64,000 nucleotides of DNA from Bdellovibrionales bacterium Ga0074137 (GTDB lineage Bacteria > Bdellovibrionota > Bdellovibrionia > Bdellovibrionales > JAMPXM01), in NCBI GenBank assembly GCA_001464715.1, contig LNDT01000018.1, forward strand, positions 19,625-83,624, written 5' to 3'. Shown piece by piece: positions 18,190 to 25,733 of the stretch. The notes below the pieces were generated by a model. The model worked only from the letters and a program-made list of their open reading frames with translations. It ran no database searches and had not been told where the DNA came from. The stretch's first letter is position 1, and the number at the start of each line of letters is the position of its first letter. Made by a program: the position numbers and the translations under genes.

Positions 18190-19206
18190 TTACTTGGAAG
18201 TACGTCGTGACGCCGCTTGAGGGCGACCCGAAACTTGTTTCAGACCCGATGGCTTCGATGTCTTAATTCCGCGGCGAGAGGACTCATCGCGGGCCAATGC
18301 TTTTGCCGACTTAGGTCGTCGTCCGTCGCGGTCCGCGTTTTTGAACGATCTCTTTTTGGGCGGTAACGTTCCATCCATGCGAGGCTGAGGTCGGTTTCGG
18401 CCTTCAAAACTTTCCGCATCAGCAGCGAAGATTTTTTCGACTTCTTCTTCCGACAGCATCGCCCACTCACCGCGAGCGAGACCGCCCATTTTGAGTTTGC
18501 CGATGGCGATTCGCTGAAGCTTCATCACGTCAAAACCGATCTTTTCGAACATGCGCCGGATCTGACGATTTTTACCCTCGCCGATCACGATTTTAAACCA
18601 ATCGTATTTGTCGGAGGCAGTTCCGCGAAGGCGTTCCACCTCACGAGCGGCGACGCGACCTCCGATGATCGTGACTCCCGTTCGAAGCTTGCGCAAATGC
18701 TCTTCGGTGGGCTGTCCATCGACTTTCACGAGGTAGGTTTTAAAAACTTCGTGTTTTGGATGGGTCACGCGCTGGGCGAATTCCCCATCATTGGTCATCA
18801 ATAGAAGGCCTTCACTGTCGTAATCCAAGCGGCCCACGGGGTAGACGCGCGATTCGAGTTTGGTAAAGTACTCGGCAATGCAGGGACGACCCTCGGGGTC
18901 CTCCATCGTCGTCATCACACCTTTTGGTTTGTTGAAGAGGATATAGAGTTTCCGTTTGTCAGGGGTGACGGGCTTCCCGTTCACGACGACGCGGTCATCT
19001 TTCAAATTTACTTTGATGCCGAGTTCGTAAACTTTTTTTCCGTTCACGGTGACGAGACCTTCAGTGATCATATCATCGGCTCCGCGGCGACTTGCGACGC
19101 CACTTTCAGCCAAGAAACGATTCAGGCGCATCTCTTCGGGATTGGATGGTTTTATCGAACGAGTTGGGCTTTTGGGTTTAGATTGACCGGAGCGATTGTT
19201 TCGCAT
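18190..19206 (-). CDS. rluB: 23S rRNA pseudouridine synthase, RluB/RsuA family (S4 domain + catalytic domain)
   Basis: S4 motif MRLNRFLAESGVASRR. Catalytic GRLDYDSEGLLLMTNDGE. Basic C-terminal tail. The start at 19206 (AAGAGG RBS) overlaps the upstream gene by 55 nt, and an alternative ATG lies at 19131. Confidence 0.85.
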   Translation of the reverse strand: MRNNRSGQSKPKSPTRSIKPSNPEEMRLNRFLAESGVASRRGADDMITEGLVTVNGKKVYELGIKVNLKDDRVVVNGKPVTPDKRKLYILFNKPKGVMTTMEDPEGRPCIAEYFTKLESRVYPVGRLDYDSEGLLLMTNDGEFAQRVTHPKHEVFKTYLVKVDGQPTEEHLRKLRTGVTIIGGRVAAREVERLRGTASDKYDWFKIVIGEGKNRQIRRMFEKIGFDVMKLQRIAIGKLKMGGLARGEWAMLSEEEVEKIFAADAESFEGRNRPQPRMDGTLPPKKRSFKNADRDGRRPKSAKALARDESSRRGIKTSKPSGLKQVSGRPQAASRRTSK

Positions 19207-20408
19207 GCTTCTGCCTCTTGAAATCTGGTTTCTTGAAGTTCAACCAGGTCGGGCCCGATCGGCTCGATAAACTCTTCGCCGGGTTTCAGTCGTAGACCTA
19301 AATGACTGCCCACCTTATCGCCCACTTGTTGTGCAATATCAACGTTCAAAGGTGGCAAATTAGCGAGATCTCCCAAGGGAGAGGCCGCCGATGAACCAGC
19401 GACGGGTGGGTCCGAGAACGGCCGCTTCTCAAGCAGCAGGGCTCGCTCCAAATTTTCAAGAAGGAGGCGCAAAAGGCGATCTTCAACAAAAACTTGCTCG
19501 AAGGCGAGCCGCCCGCGCTCCATCGCAGCTTCGGCAAAACGAAGACTTTCGGGGTGCTTTTGTGAAAGAAGATCGGAAGCTTTTTCAAGAAGGCCCGTCA
19601 GTTCGATGTACATCGGGTCCGTGCTCCGATTGACGAAAAACTGCTCGATGCGCTTGAGCGGATAGAACAGCGTCGGATGTCGGTGAAGTTCGCCACCCTC
19701 AAAGACCGAGGCCTTTTGATAAGTGAAACCGCGAACCGCGATCCCACGAAGGCCAGAAGCCGCGGCCGCGTCGTTTCGAAAGCGCGCCACTGTATGGCGG
19801 GCGATCTCGATCTGACTAATTCTGTTGGAATCAATCAAAAGCTCGGGCGTGTAATGGACAGCCATATCGTCAGCGAGCGGCGCAAGCTGACCGTCACTGA
19901 GCGCTAGCCATCGATCAAAAACGTAAACCGAAAGTGACCGATCAATGGCGAGTCGGCAGACGATGAGTTTTTCTTCATGGTCTCGTAAGACTTTAATTTG
20001 ATCTGTCGGGCTTTGATGCTGGTGGATCCAGTTCTCAACCACGCGTTCAAGAGTTCGAAAGCTCTCGGCACGCACAACTTGCAGATCACTGGGCGTCGCA
20101 AAAGGTGGCAGCGGCAGAGCTTCGCCGGTTTGATTGGAAAAGTGCTGAAGACTGCTTGCGACCTCATTGAACAGAGCGGTTTTGTTTTCCACCCAGTGCG
20201 AGTGGGTCATGCTTCGACGAAAGAAACGATCCAGAGTTGCCGTCGAAAGAGGCTCCCCGGGTTCGCACATGTTTTTTAGAAAATGATAGAACGCGAGCCG
20301 AGCGGCATCGACTTTCGGGATTGCTCCACCCGATGAACTAGAGGCCTCCGTTGCGGGAGGCTGCAGCAAACTTAAAAGATGACTTGCGAGGCCGGTGACA
20401 GTTGCCAT
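19152..20408 (-). CDS. hypothetical protein
   Basis: 418-aa uninterrupted ORF. No motif recognised. Confidence 0.6.
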   Translation of the reverse strand: MATVTGLASHLLSLLQPPATEASSSSGGAIPKVDAARLAFYHFLKNMCEPGEPLSTATLDRFFRRSMTHSHWVENKTALFNEVASSLQHFSNQTGEALPLPPFATPSDLQVVRAESFRTLERVVENWIHQHQSPTDQIKVLRDHEEKLIVCRLAIDRSLSVYVFDRWLALSDGQLAPLADDMAVHYTPELLIDSNRISQIEIARHTVARFRNDAAAASGLRGIAVRGFTYQKASVFEGGELHRHPTLFYPLKRIEQFFVNRSTDPMYIELTGLLEKASDLLSQKHPESLRFAEAAMERGRLAFEQVFVEDRLLRLLLENLERALLLEKRPFSDPPVAGSSAASPLGDLANLPPLNVDIAQQVGDKVGSHLGLRLKPGEEFIEPIGPDLVELQETRFQEAEACETIAPVNLNPKAQLVR

Positions 20409-20474
20409 GCTATGACCTTAGGAAGATTTGAATTTTTCGTCCAGCGAATTTAGAGTTGTGTCGAGGGGGCCCGA

Positions 20475-21074
20475 ATGAACACAGATCACACCAACAACCC
20501 ATCGCCACACACTGCCAATGTGACTCGCGAGCTCGATCCTGGGCTCTTCGGAGGGTCCACGTCGACACCGGCGCAGGGACACGGTTCGACGCCCACCCAT
20601 GGACTTCATCCCGGTATCGCTCCGCCAACGACGCAGCCAGGACGTGCGATTCCTTATCCACCGATTGATATGCGAGTGCTTGAAGCGCAGGTTCTGCAAA
20701 TCAAAGCTGTGCTTTCGCAGTTCGATCGTCGTCTTGATCAGATGGCGGCCCAAATCAACGAAACGAACCGCGACAATCAAGGTCGTCTCGACCGCTACGG
20801 GCAACAGCTTTTGCGACTCGAAGATGGAATTCAGCGACTGACGTCCGACACCAGCAATCGTCTCGCCTCGCTTGCAGGCCGTGTGAACGAACGAAAAGTC
20901 AGCGACAGTAAGCTTCAAGATTTGATCGATCGCCATAATCTTTTGGTCCGCAATTTCGAAAACCGGCTCTCGTCGTTGCAAAAACTTGCGGGCGATCAAG
21001 AGCAGGCACTTTTGAGCGCGTTCGCGGCTCTTGAAGATGCTCGCGCGGATTTGGCGCGCCTAAAAAGAATGTAA
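20475..21074 (+). CDS. hypothetical coiled-coil protein with Pro/Thr/His-rich N-terminus
   Basis: 199 aa. The C-terminal 140 aa are heptad-like (LEAQVLQIKAVLSQFDRRLDQM...). The antisense ORF 20418-20999 looks like Arg-rich noise. Confidence 0.55.
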   Translation: MNTDHTNNPSPHTANVTRELDPGLFGGSTSTPAQGHGSTPTHGLHPGIAPPTTQPGRAIPYPPIDMRVLEAQVLQIKAVLSQFDRRLDQMAAQINETNRDNQGRLDRYGQQLLRLEDGIQRLTSDTSNRLASLAGRVNERKVSDSKLQDLIDRHNLLVRNFENRLSSLQKLAGDQEQALLSAFAALEDARADLARLKRM

Positions 21075-21093
21075 AAAAGCTGTTCTTCGACGT

Positions 21094-21234
21094 GGGATCG
21101 CTTCGGCCTCTCTCTTTCCGCGACACGGGCCTCCGTGCCCTCGCTGCGACGGCTCGGCCTTCCTGGCCTCGGCCCGCGTTTACGCGGACTTCCCATCGCA
21201 GAGGTCGCGGAAAGAGAGAGGCCGAAGCGATCCC
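21094..21234 (+). repeat. structured inverted-repeat element, copy B (possible ncRNA or MITE-like element)
   Basis: The arm at 21094-21124 (GGGATCGCTTCGGCCTCTCTCTTTCCGCGAC) is the exact reverse complement of 21204-21234. The 79-nt core is homologous to copy A and shares an identical 23-nt block, CGGCTCGGCCTTCCTGGCCTCGG. Confidence 0.8.
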
Positions 21235-21285
21235 TGATTCGTGCTTTGTTTGCTTTTTTATTTTTTTGGGGATGGGAGTTGGGCT

Positions 21286-21420
21286 CGGGTTGTGGTTCGA
21301 ACTGCGGGTTCTGTTCGAGTTTAGATTCGGTTTGAGTTCGCACTCGAGTCTGAGTTCGAGTTCGAACTGCGGGTTCGGAGTTTGGTTCGAGCTTGTGTTT
21401 CAGTTCGAGTTCGAACTGCT
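21286..21420. repeat. GTTCGAAC / GTTCGAG low-complexity array (3 palindromes)
   Basis: GTTCGAAC occurs at 21295, 21360 and 21409. The internal duplication GGTTCGAACTGCGGGTTC appears twice. AGTTCGAGTTCGAAC occurs at 21353 and 21402. Confidence 0.7.
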
Positions 21421-21522
21421 GGAATTCGTGGCCGCTTGCATATTGAAGCGGCCTGCCTCGTTGATTGAACGACCTTAGTTTATTTTTTCGACTTCTTGGT
21501 ATTCTTCGGAAAAATATATATT

Positions 21523-22461
21523 TTAAATTGGAAGAAGGCGATAGCGCCACTGGTTTAGCTCTGAGGCGATGTTGGCTTTTGCGTTGGCTTCATACTTTTC
21601 CTGCATTTGCGAAATCCTAAAAATTCGGCCTCTCATTAATTTTTTTAGTAGGCGCTTCCTGCCAGCGTAAAAAACGACCGACGGAATCATTTTGTACTCC
21701 TCTCTCACGTCGTTCGCGTAGGTCTCATACAAGAAACGGCAGGCACCCAGGACTGAAAGATCAATATCGAGAAACAAATTAGTATCCACATCGCCCCTAA
21801 GATCATCTCTGGCATCGCCCCTCACATCACTTTCGTGCTTGGACGCCAGGATCATCAATTCCACTGCCGGAAGCGATATATCTGACTTAAAAGTGCCAAG
21901 ATCTTGGTGTAGTCTTCTGGCGCTGTTTTCTTCATTTTTCTTCGAAGCGGGGACGTAGACCAAATCGTGGTACCAGATCGCAAGTTCAATTTTTTCCTTG
22001 TCGACATAGCCGTCGGTTGAAGTGTCCAGCTCATACAAACATTGGTTGATGTGGGTGAGCGAATGGTAGGCCCTTGCGCCATCGTCGTAGGTTTCGATAA
22101 TTGACTTCGACAGTGACTCGGACTGCTTAGTCTCCATCGAAAAGTGCCGGCGAAAAAAACCATCAAGACGTGCGAGAAGCTCGGTCTTTCGAGAAGTCGT
22201 AACGATAAGTTCGGGGTGCTTCGTCCAAATGAGAAAGAAAGCATTGTCTGTGCTGAACTGCGAAAGCGTAAGACTTTCTAGATCGATACTTGGCAGCGAC
22301 TTCACCCAGTCCATGGAAACCTGGGAAGCCGGAAGTCTCCAGCTTCTTTTGACTCCGTAAATTCGATAGAACCTATCTTCAACAAAGGGCCCGCGGTTTG
22401 TGGTTTCCACAAACACAAAGTCGATCTCGCTGGCGGTCAGTTTCTCTATTTCATTGTTCAT
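21523..22461 (-). CDS. HD-superfamily phosphohydrolase-like protein (COG4339-like C-domain) with an unknown N-terminal domain
   Basis: ARAYHSLTHINQCL ... LAIWYHDLVYVP ... NEENSA matches the H...HD pattern of the small HD family. The first 120 aa or so are unassigned. Confidence 0.6.
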   Translation of the reverse strand: MNNEIEKLTASEIDFVFVETTNRGPFVEDRFYRIYGVKRSWRLPASQVSMDWVKSLPSIDLESLTLSQFSTDNAFFLIWTKHPELIVTTSRKTELLARLDGFFRRHFSMETKQSESLSKSIIETYDDGARAYHSLTHINQCLYELDTSTDGYVDKEKIELAIWYHDLVYVPASKKNEENSARRLHQDLGTFKSDISLPAVELMILASKHESDVRGDARDDLRGDVDTNLFLDIDLSVLGACRFLYETYANDVREEYKMIPSVVFYAGRKRLLKKLMRGRIFRISQMQEKYEANAKANIASELNQWRYRLLPI

Positions 22462-22567
22462 TCAGAGAGTCCTCCTTATCAAGTGCTCCGCAGACGTTCC
22501 TCATCAAGTTAGGTTCTTCAGGCACAAAGCTATTGTCGGCGCCATAGATTGGTCCTACAACCAATCT

Positions 22568-23119
22568 ATGGGGCGTAAAAGCGAAAGAGAAAATCGAAGG
22601 CGAGAGATTATCGCGGCCTTTGGTCGGGTTCTGGCCGATCACGGTTTTGCCGGCGCCACAATGACGGCCGTGGCAGAAAATGCCGGCTTGTCGCCGGGGC
22701 TACTCCACCATCACTTTAAAGACAAAAATGAAATGTTAGAGGAGCTGTTGACCAGTTTGATTGGTGGATTCAAAAAGCGATTCTCTGACTTTTGCAAAGA
22801 TCAGCCGGCCGAGCAGAAATTAGAATGTTACATCGATGCCGCTTTAAAACTTGATCAGCATTCCGATTCAATTTCAGCGAAGTGCTGGGTGGGGCTTCTG
22901 GCTGAAGCGCTACGTAATCCGGTGCTTTTTAATCGAGTGAAACGGCACTTAGAAAATGAAGTAAAGATAGTTTCCGAAATCTCTGGAAATAAATTAAGCG
23001 AGCAGAAGAGCAGCGCAGTTATCTCATTCATATTTGGTGCTCTCGTTTTTGGAGCCTTCGCACCCCGCAAAGCCGCAGGATTTGCGGCACCTGCTGCAAA
23101 ACGCCTAGCGAAGAGCTAA
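22568..23119 (+). CDS. TetR-family transcriptional regulator
   Basis: RRREIIAAFGRVLADHGFAGATMTAVAENAGLSPGLLHHHFKDKNEML is a typical TetR HTH. I chose the ATG at 22568 rather than the tracked 22400 start. Confidence 0.85.
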   Translation: MGRKSERENRRREIIAAFGRVLADHGFAGATMTAVAENAGLSPGLLHHHFKDKNEMLEELLTSLIGGFKKRFSDFCKDQPAEQKLECYIDAALKLDQHSDSISAKCWVGLLAEALRNPVLFNRVKRHLENEVKIVSEISGNKLSEQKSSAVISFIFGALVFGAFAPRKAAGFAAPAAKRLAKS

Positions 23120-23180
23120 TGTTGCGGCTATTTGAAAATCGCGGTGAAAATTTGTATCGATTGGTTGATTGCCTGGTTGA

Positions 23181-23228
23181 TTCAAGTTCGAACCTGAAAT
23201 TCAGTTCGAGTTCGAACCTGAACTTGAA
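23181..23228. repeat. GTTCGAAC array (2 palindromes)
   Basis: ttcaaGTTCGAACctgaaattCAGTTCGAGTTCGAACctgaacttgaac. Located in the 470-nt gap after tetR. Confidence 0.65.
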
Positions 23229-23591
23229 CTGGCGTCAGTTGCAGCCGCTTGCTTTTTGTTACCTGCTTCGATTTCTGAGATTCGGCCTTGCAGGATTCTT
23301 CCAGGGCTCAGTGGTTATTATCTTCGAGTTTTGACGCATCATCGTCGGTTCGATAAATTTCCAAAAATAAAAATTGACGGTGTTTTCAGCCGCCATTTGA
23401 AAATATTTTTCCGCGTATCAACATGGCTCTCGAGCCAACTTCAAAAGCGCATATCGGCTCATGGTTCAGCGGCTGGTGGTGAATTCACGAAGCGGCTCGA
23501 GTTAAAAATTTTGGCCCTCTGGTGAGACTTCTAACGCAAAAAATCTCATTTAAAAAACCGATGGTAGGGTTTTTTCGGAGGAGAAACCAAT

Positions 23592-24719
23592 ATGAATCTC
23601 AAAATCCTATCGGACGAAACTTTGACTGAAAAACTTCGCGATCTTTCAAAGCGTGATCTGGCGCTCACGGCAGAGATCGTCTCGCACATTCATGAGTTTA
23701 TGGTGCGACGATTGTACCTCGATCACGGGTGCACCAGTATTTTCGGATATCTCACAGATCACCTTGGCTATCCGCGTGCCACCGCCCAAAACCGAATCGA
23801 TGCGGCTCGGTTGTTGGACGCTGTTCCGGAAATTAAAGAAGAGCTCGCCAATGGAAAGATTAGTCTTGGGCAAATCACTTTGATCTCGATGGGTGTTCGG
23901 CAGGCCGAGAAAGAAAATCCTGGGATGAAAGTGTCCGTCGATCAAAAGCGACATTTGGTCGAGAAGATCGCAAATCGCGGGAACGCTGAGACGGGCAGTG
24001 GATGCCTTTATGGCGAGCATGCCGAAAGTGGTGAAAAAACTGCGAAAAGCGGTAACGGTGGGTCGGTTAGGTCCGAACATGCATCTGCTCAAATCATAGC
24101 GCAGGAACTCGATATCAAAATCATTCCCGTTGAAAGAGTTCGTGTGCATCAAGACGGTTCGGTCACTATCGAAGTCCACCTTTCCAAAGAAGAATTCGAA
24201 AACCTAAAACGGGTCCGCGATCTAAACACGCACAAAAACCACAACGCAAAACTCGGCGAAACTGTCGCTGAGGCGGCGAAGTTCTTTTTAGAAAAAAAGG
24301 ATCCACGAAAATTAAAAACCAAAATTGACCTGCAGCAGGCGAAAACCGATTCGATTTCAGAAACTGGTTCGGATTCGAACTTGGAGGTAGGCTCGGGACC
24401 GAACCAAAATTTCAGTTCGAGTTCGAACTCGAAAGATGATTTGCCAAAAACCAGTACGGTCGCCTTGAGGCCGAGCGCCCAACTTCCAAAACGCATCCAG
24501 CGTAACTATATTAGTGTGCACGTTGTTCGCGCCCTTCATCAGCGAGACAAATCATGTCGGTGGCGGGACTCAACGGGCCACTTTTGCGGATCGACGTACC
24601 AGCTGCAAATCGATCACATCAGAGGACTTGCCGATGGTGGCGCCGACGCGATCGAAAATCTTGAGCTAAAATGCTCAATACACAACCGACGGAAGTTCGA
24701 ACTCGAACAACGTCAGTGA
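23592..24719 (+). CDS. HNH endonuclease (DUF222-like N-domain + C-terminal HNH)
   Basis: C-terminal LQIDHIRGLADGGADAIENLELKCSIHNRRK is an H-N-H motif. The N-terminus (LLDAVPEIKEELANGKISLGQ) resembles the DUF222/13E12-type family. GGAGGAG RBS. Confidence 0.85.
   Translation: MNLKILSDETLTEKLRDLSKRDLALTAEIVSHIHEFMVRRLYLDHGCTSIFGYLTDHLGYPRATAQNRIDAARLLDAVPEIKEELANGKISLGQITLISMGVRQAEKENPGMKVSVDQKRHLVEKIANRGNAETGSGCLYGEHAESGEKTAKSGNGGSVRSEHASAQIIAQELDIKIIPVERVRVHQDGSVTIEVHLSKEEFENLKRVRDLNTHKNHNAKLGETVAEAAKFFLEKKDPRKLKTKIDLQQAKTDSISETGSDSNLEVGSGPNQNFSSSSNSKDDLPKTSTVALRPSAQLPKRIQRNYISVHVVRALHQRDKSCRWRDSTGHFCGSTYQLQIDHIRGLADGGADAIENLELKCSIHNRRKFELEQRQ
24366..24432. repeat. GTTCGA-type repeat embedded in frame in the HNH gene linker
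   Basis: ggttcggATTCGAACttggaggtaggctcgggaccgaaccaaaatttCAGTTCGAGTTCGAACtcg, translated as GSDSNLEVGSGPNQNFSSSSNS. Confidence 0.6.
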
Positions 24720-24722
24720 CCA

Positions 24723-25718
24723 TCACTTGTTCTGTTTCGCTATTTCCTTCTGCACAAAGTTATTTGGGACGCATACTTTTTGATACCAGTCGGCGGTGCG
24801 GTCAAAACTAGAATCTCGAGTCTTCCAAAGGCAAAATTCTGTCGAGGCAGAGATGGAGCTCATGAATAGCATTGTCGCGACGAGCGTACCTGACATCGAT
24901 TTGTACATGAAATCAATATTTCTCAGCTGACTTTGGCTATATCGACCGGCTGCATGTTCTGCTTGGATATAGGCGGCTCGATCGAGCGACGCATTCTGCA
25001 GGGCGCGGATCATGAATGCTTTCACGGATTTTCTCAGCTTCGGATCCGCTTCGATTGCCGCAATGGTCTGTTGACGAATTTCAACCGGAATAGACTGAAG
25101 CATATTCCACTCGGCTCGCATCGCCGCAAGCTCGTCATTGAATCGAATGCGATTCCAACCGAACTGGTGTGTTGAAGCAATTCCTGGTCGTCCGTAAATT
25201 GTGCGGTGAGTTTGATCTATCAGAGCATGTTCAAATTCGTGAGCGCGTATGCCGAGGCCTTCAATGTTTCTCACGTACCGGTCCGGGCCTATAATTCGAA
25301 TGGTTTGAGTCCAGGGGTTGTAGTGACTTCCCATCAAGCCCTTCTCGGTGACAACCAATCTTTCTTTGAGCAGCCGACGTAAAGGTTGGGCGATTTCTTC
25401 GCCGACATCTCTCAATCGTGCATCGACGTAAATCGCGAATGCCTGGTCAACAGCTTCGGCGCCAGGTATTTGCGGATTTCGCAATATGTCTTCAATCTTA
25501 GCGATGTCACTGGCGACAAAAATTTCGCGATCAATTTCTCGCGCCATCCTGGCGAAGTGTTCAATACAAAGCTTTTTGGCAAACCCATCAACCGGATAGG
25601 TTAGGAGAACGGAGACGGCTAAAGCGATAATGAAACGGCAGACACGCTTTAGATAAAATCCCATGTTATTGAGATCGGAATAAGTCGCCGTTTGAAAGAG
25701 TCCGAGACTAACGTCCAT
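24723..25718 (-). CDS. secreted or membrane-anchored protein with an HExxH motif (putative zinc metallopeptidase)
   Basis: IRAHEFEHALID motif. A hydrophobic signal-like segment FIIALAVSVLLTYPVDGFA follows Met19 (alternative start 25664). Confidence 0.6.
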   Translation of the reverse strand: MDVSLGLFQTATYSDLNNMGFYLKRVCRFIIALAVSVLLTYPVDGFAKKLCIEHFARMAREIDREIFVASDIAKIEDILRNPQIPGAEAVDQAFAIYVDARLRDVGEEIAQPLRRLLKERLVVTEKGLMGSHYNPWTQTIRIIGPDRYVRNIEGLGIRAHEFEHALIDQTHRTIYGRPGIASTHQFGWNRIRFNDELAAMRAEWNMLQSIPVEIRQQTIAAIEADPKLRKSVKAFMIRALQNASLDRAAYIQAEHAAGRYSQSQLRNIDFMYKSMSGTLVATMLFMSSISASTEFCLWKTRDSSFDRTADWYQKVCVPNNFVQKEIAKQNK

Positions 25719-25733
25719 GTAAGAATCGAAGAT

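Noticed and set aside
20418-20999. 193-aa minus-strand ORF overlapping the 20475-21074 coiled-coil ORF
   Set aside because: It has Arg-rich, irregular composition. The plus-strand frame has a regular heptad pattern and is followed by the co-oriented 3' element. Confidence in the plus-strand call is still only moderate.
21286-21420. Interpreting the GTTCGA arrays as a CRISPR array or as tRNA fragments (GGTTCGAA resembles a T-arm)
   Set aside because: There is no regular repeat-spacer periodicity and there are no cas genes. No acceptor or anticodon stems can be drawn around the GGTTCGAAC motifs.
20996-21550. ORFs across repeat copy B and the GTTCGA array (20996-21550 minus, 21092-21478 plus, 21135-21335 plus)
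   Set aside because: Their translations are periodic low-complexity strings (EPNSEP, FEFELEL) produced by hexamer repeats and the palindrome. They overlap each other on both strands.
22400-22567. 56-aa N-terminal extension of the TetR ORF
   Set aside because: The extension overlaps the divergent HD-family gene start. TetR proteins begin close to the HTH, and the ATG at 22568 gives a canonical length.
23119-23525. Tracked ORFs 23119-23334 and 23256-23525 in the long gap upstream of the HNH gene
   Set aside because: They have no RBS. Their translations are dominated by repeat-derived SSSNL strings and hydrophobic noise. They are more likely non-coding.
23592-24719. Possibility that the HNH gene plus the structured element is an IscB/omega-RNA (HEARO-like) pair
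   Set aside because: The protein lacks the RuvC segments and the PLMP N-domain of IscB. The structured elements are 2.3 and 15 kb away and are not adjacent to the ORF.
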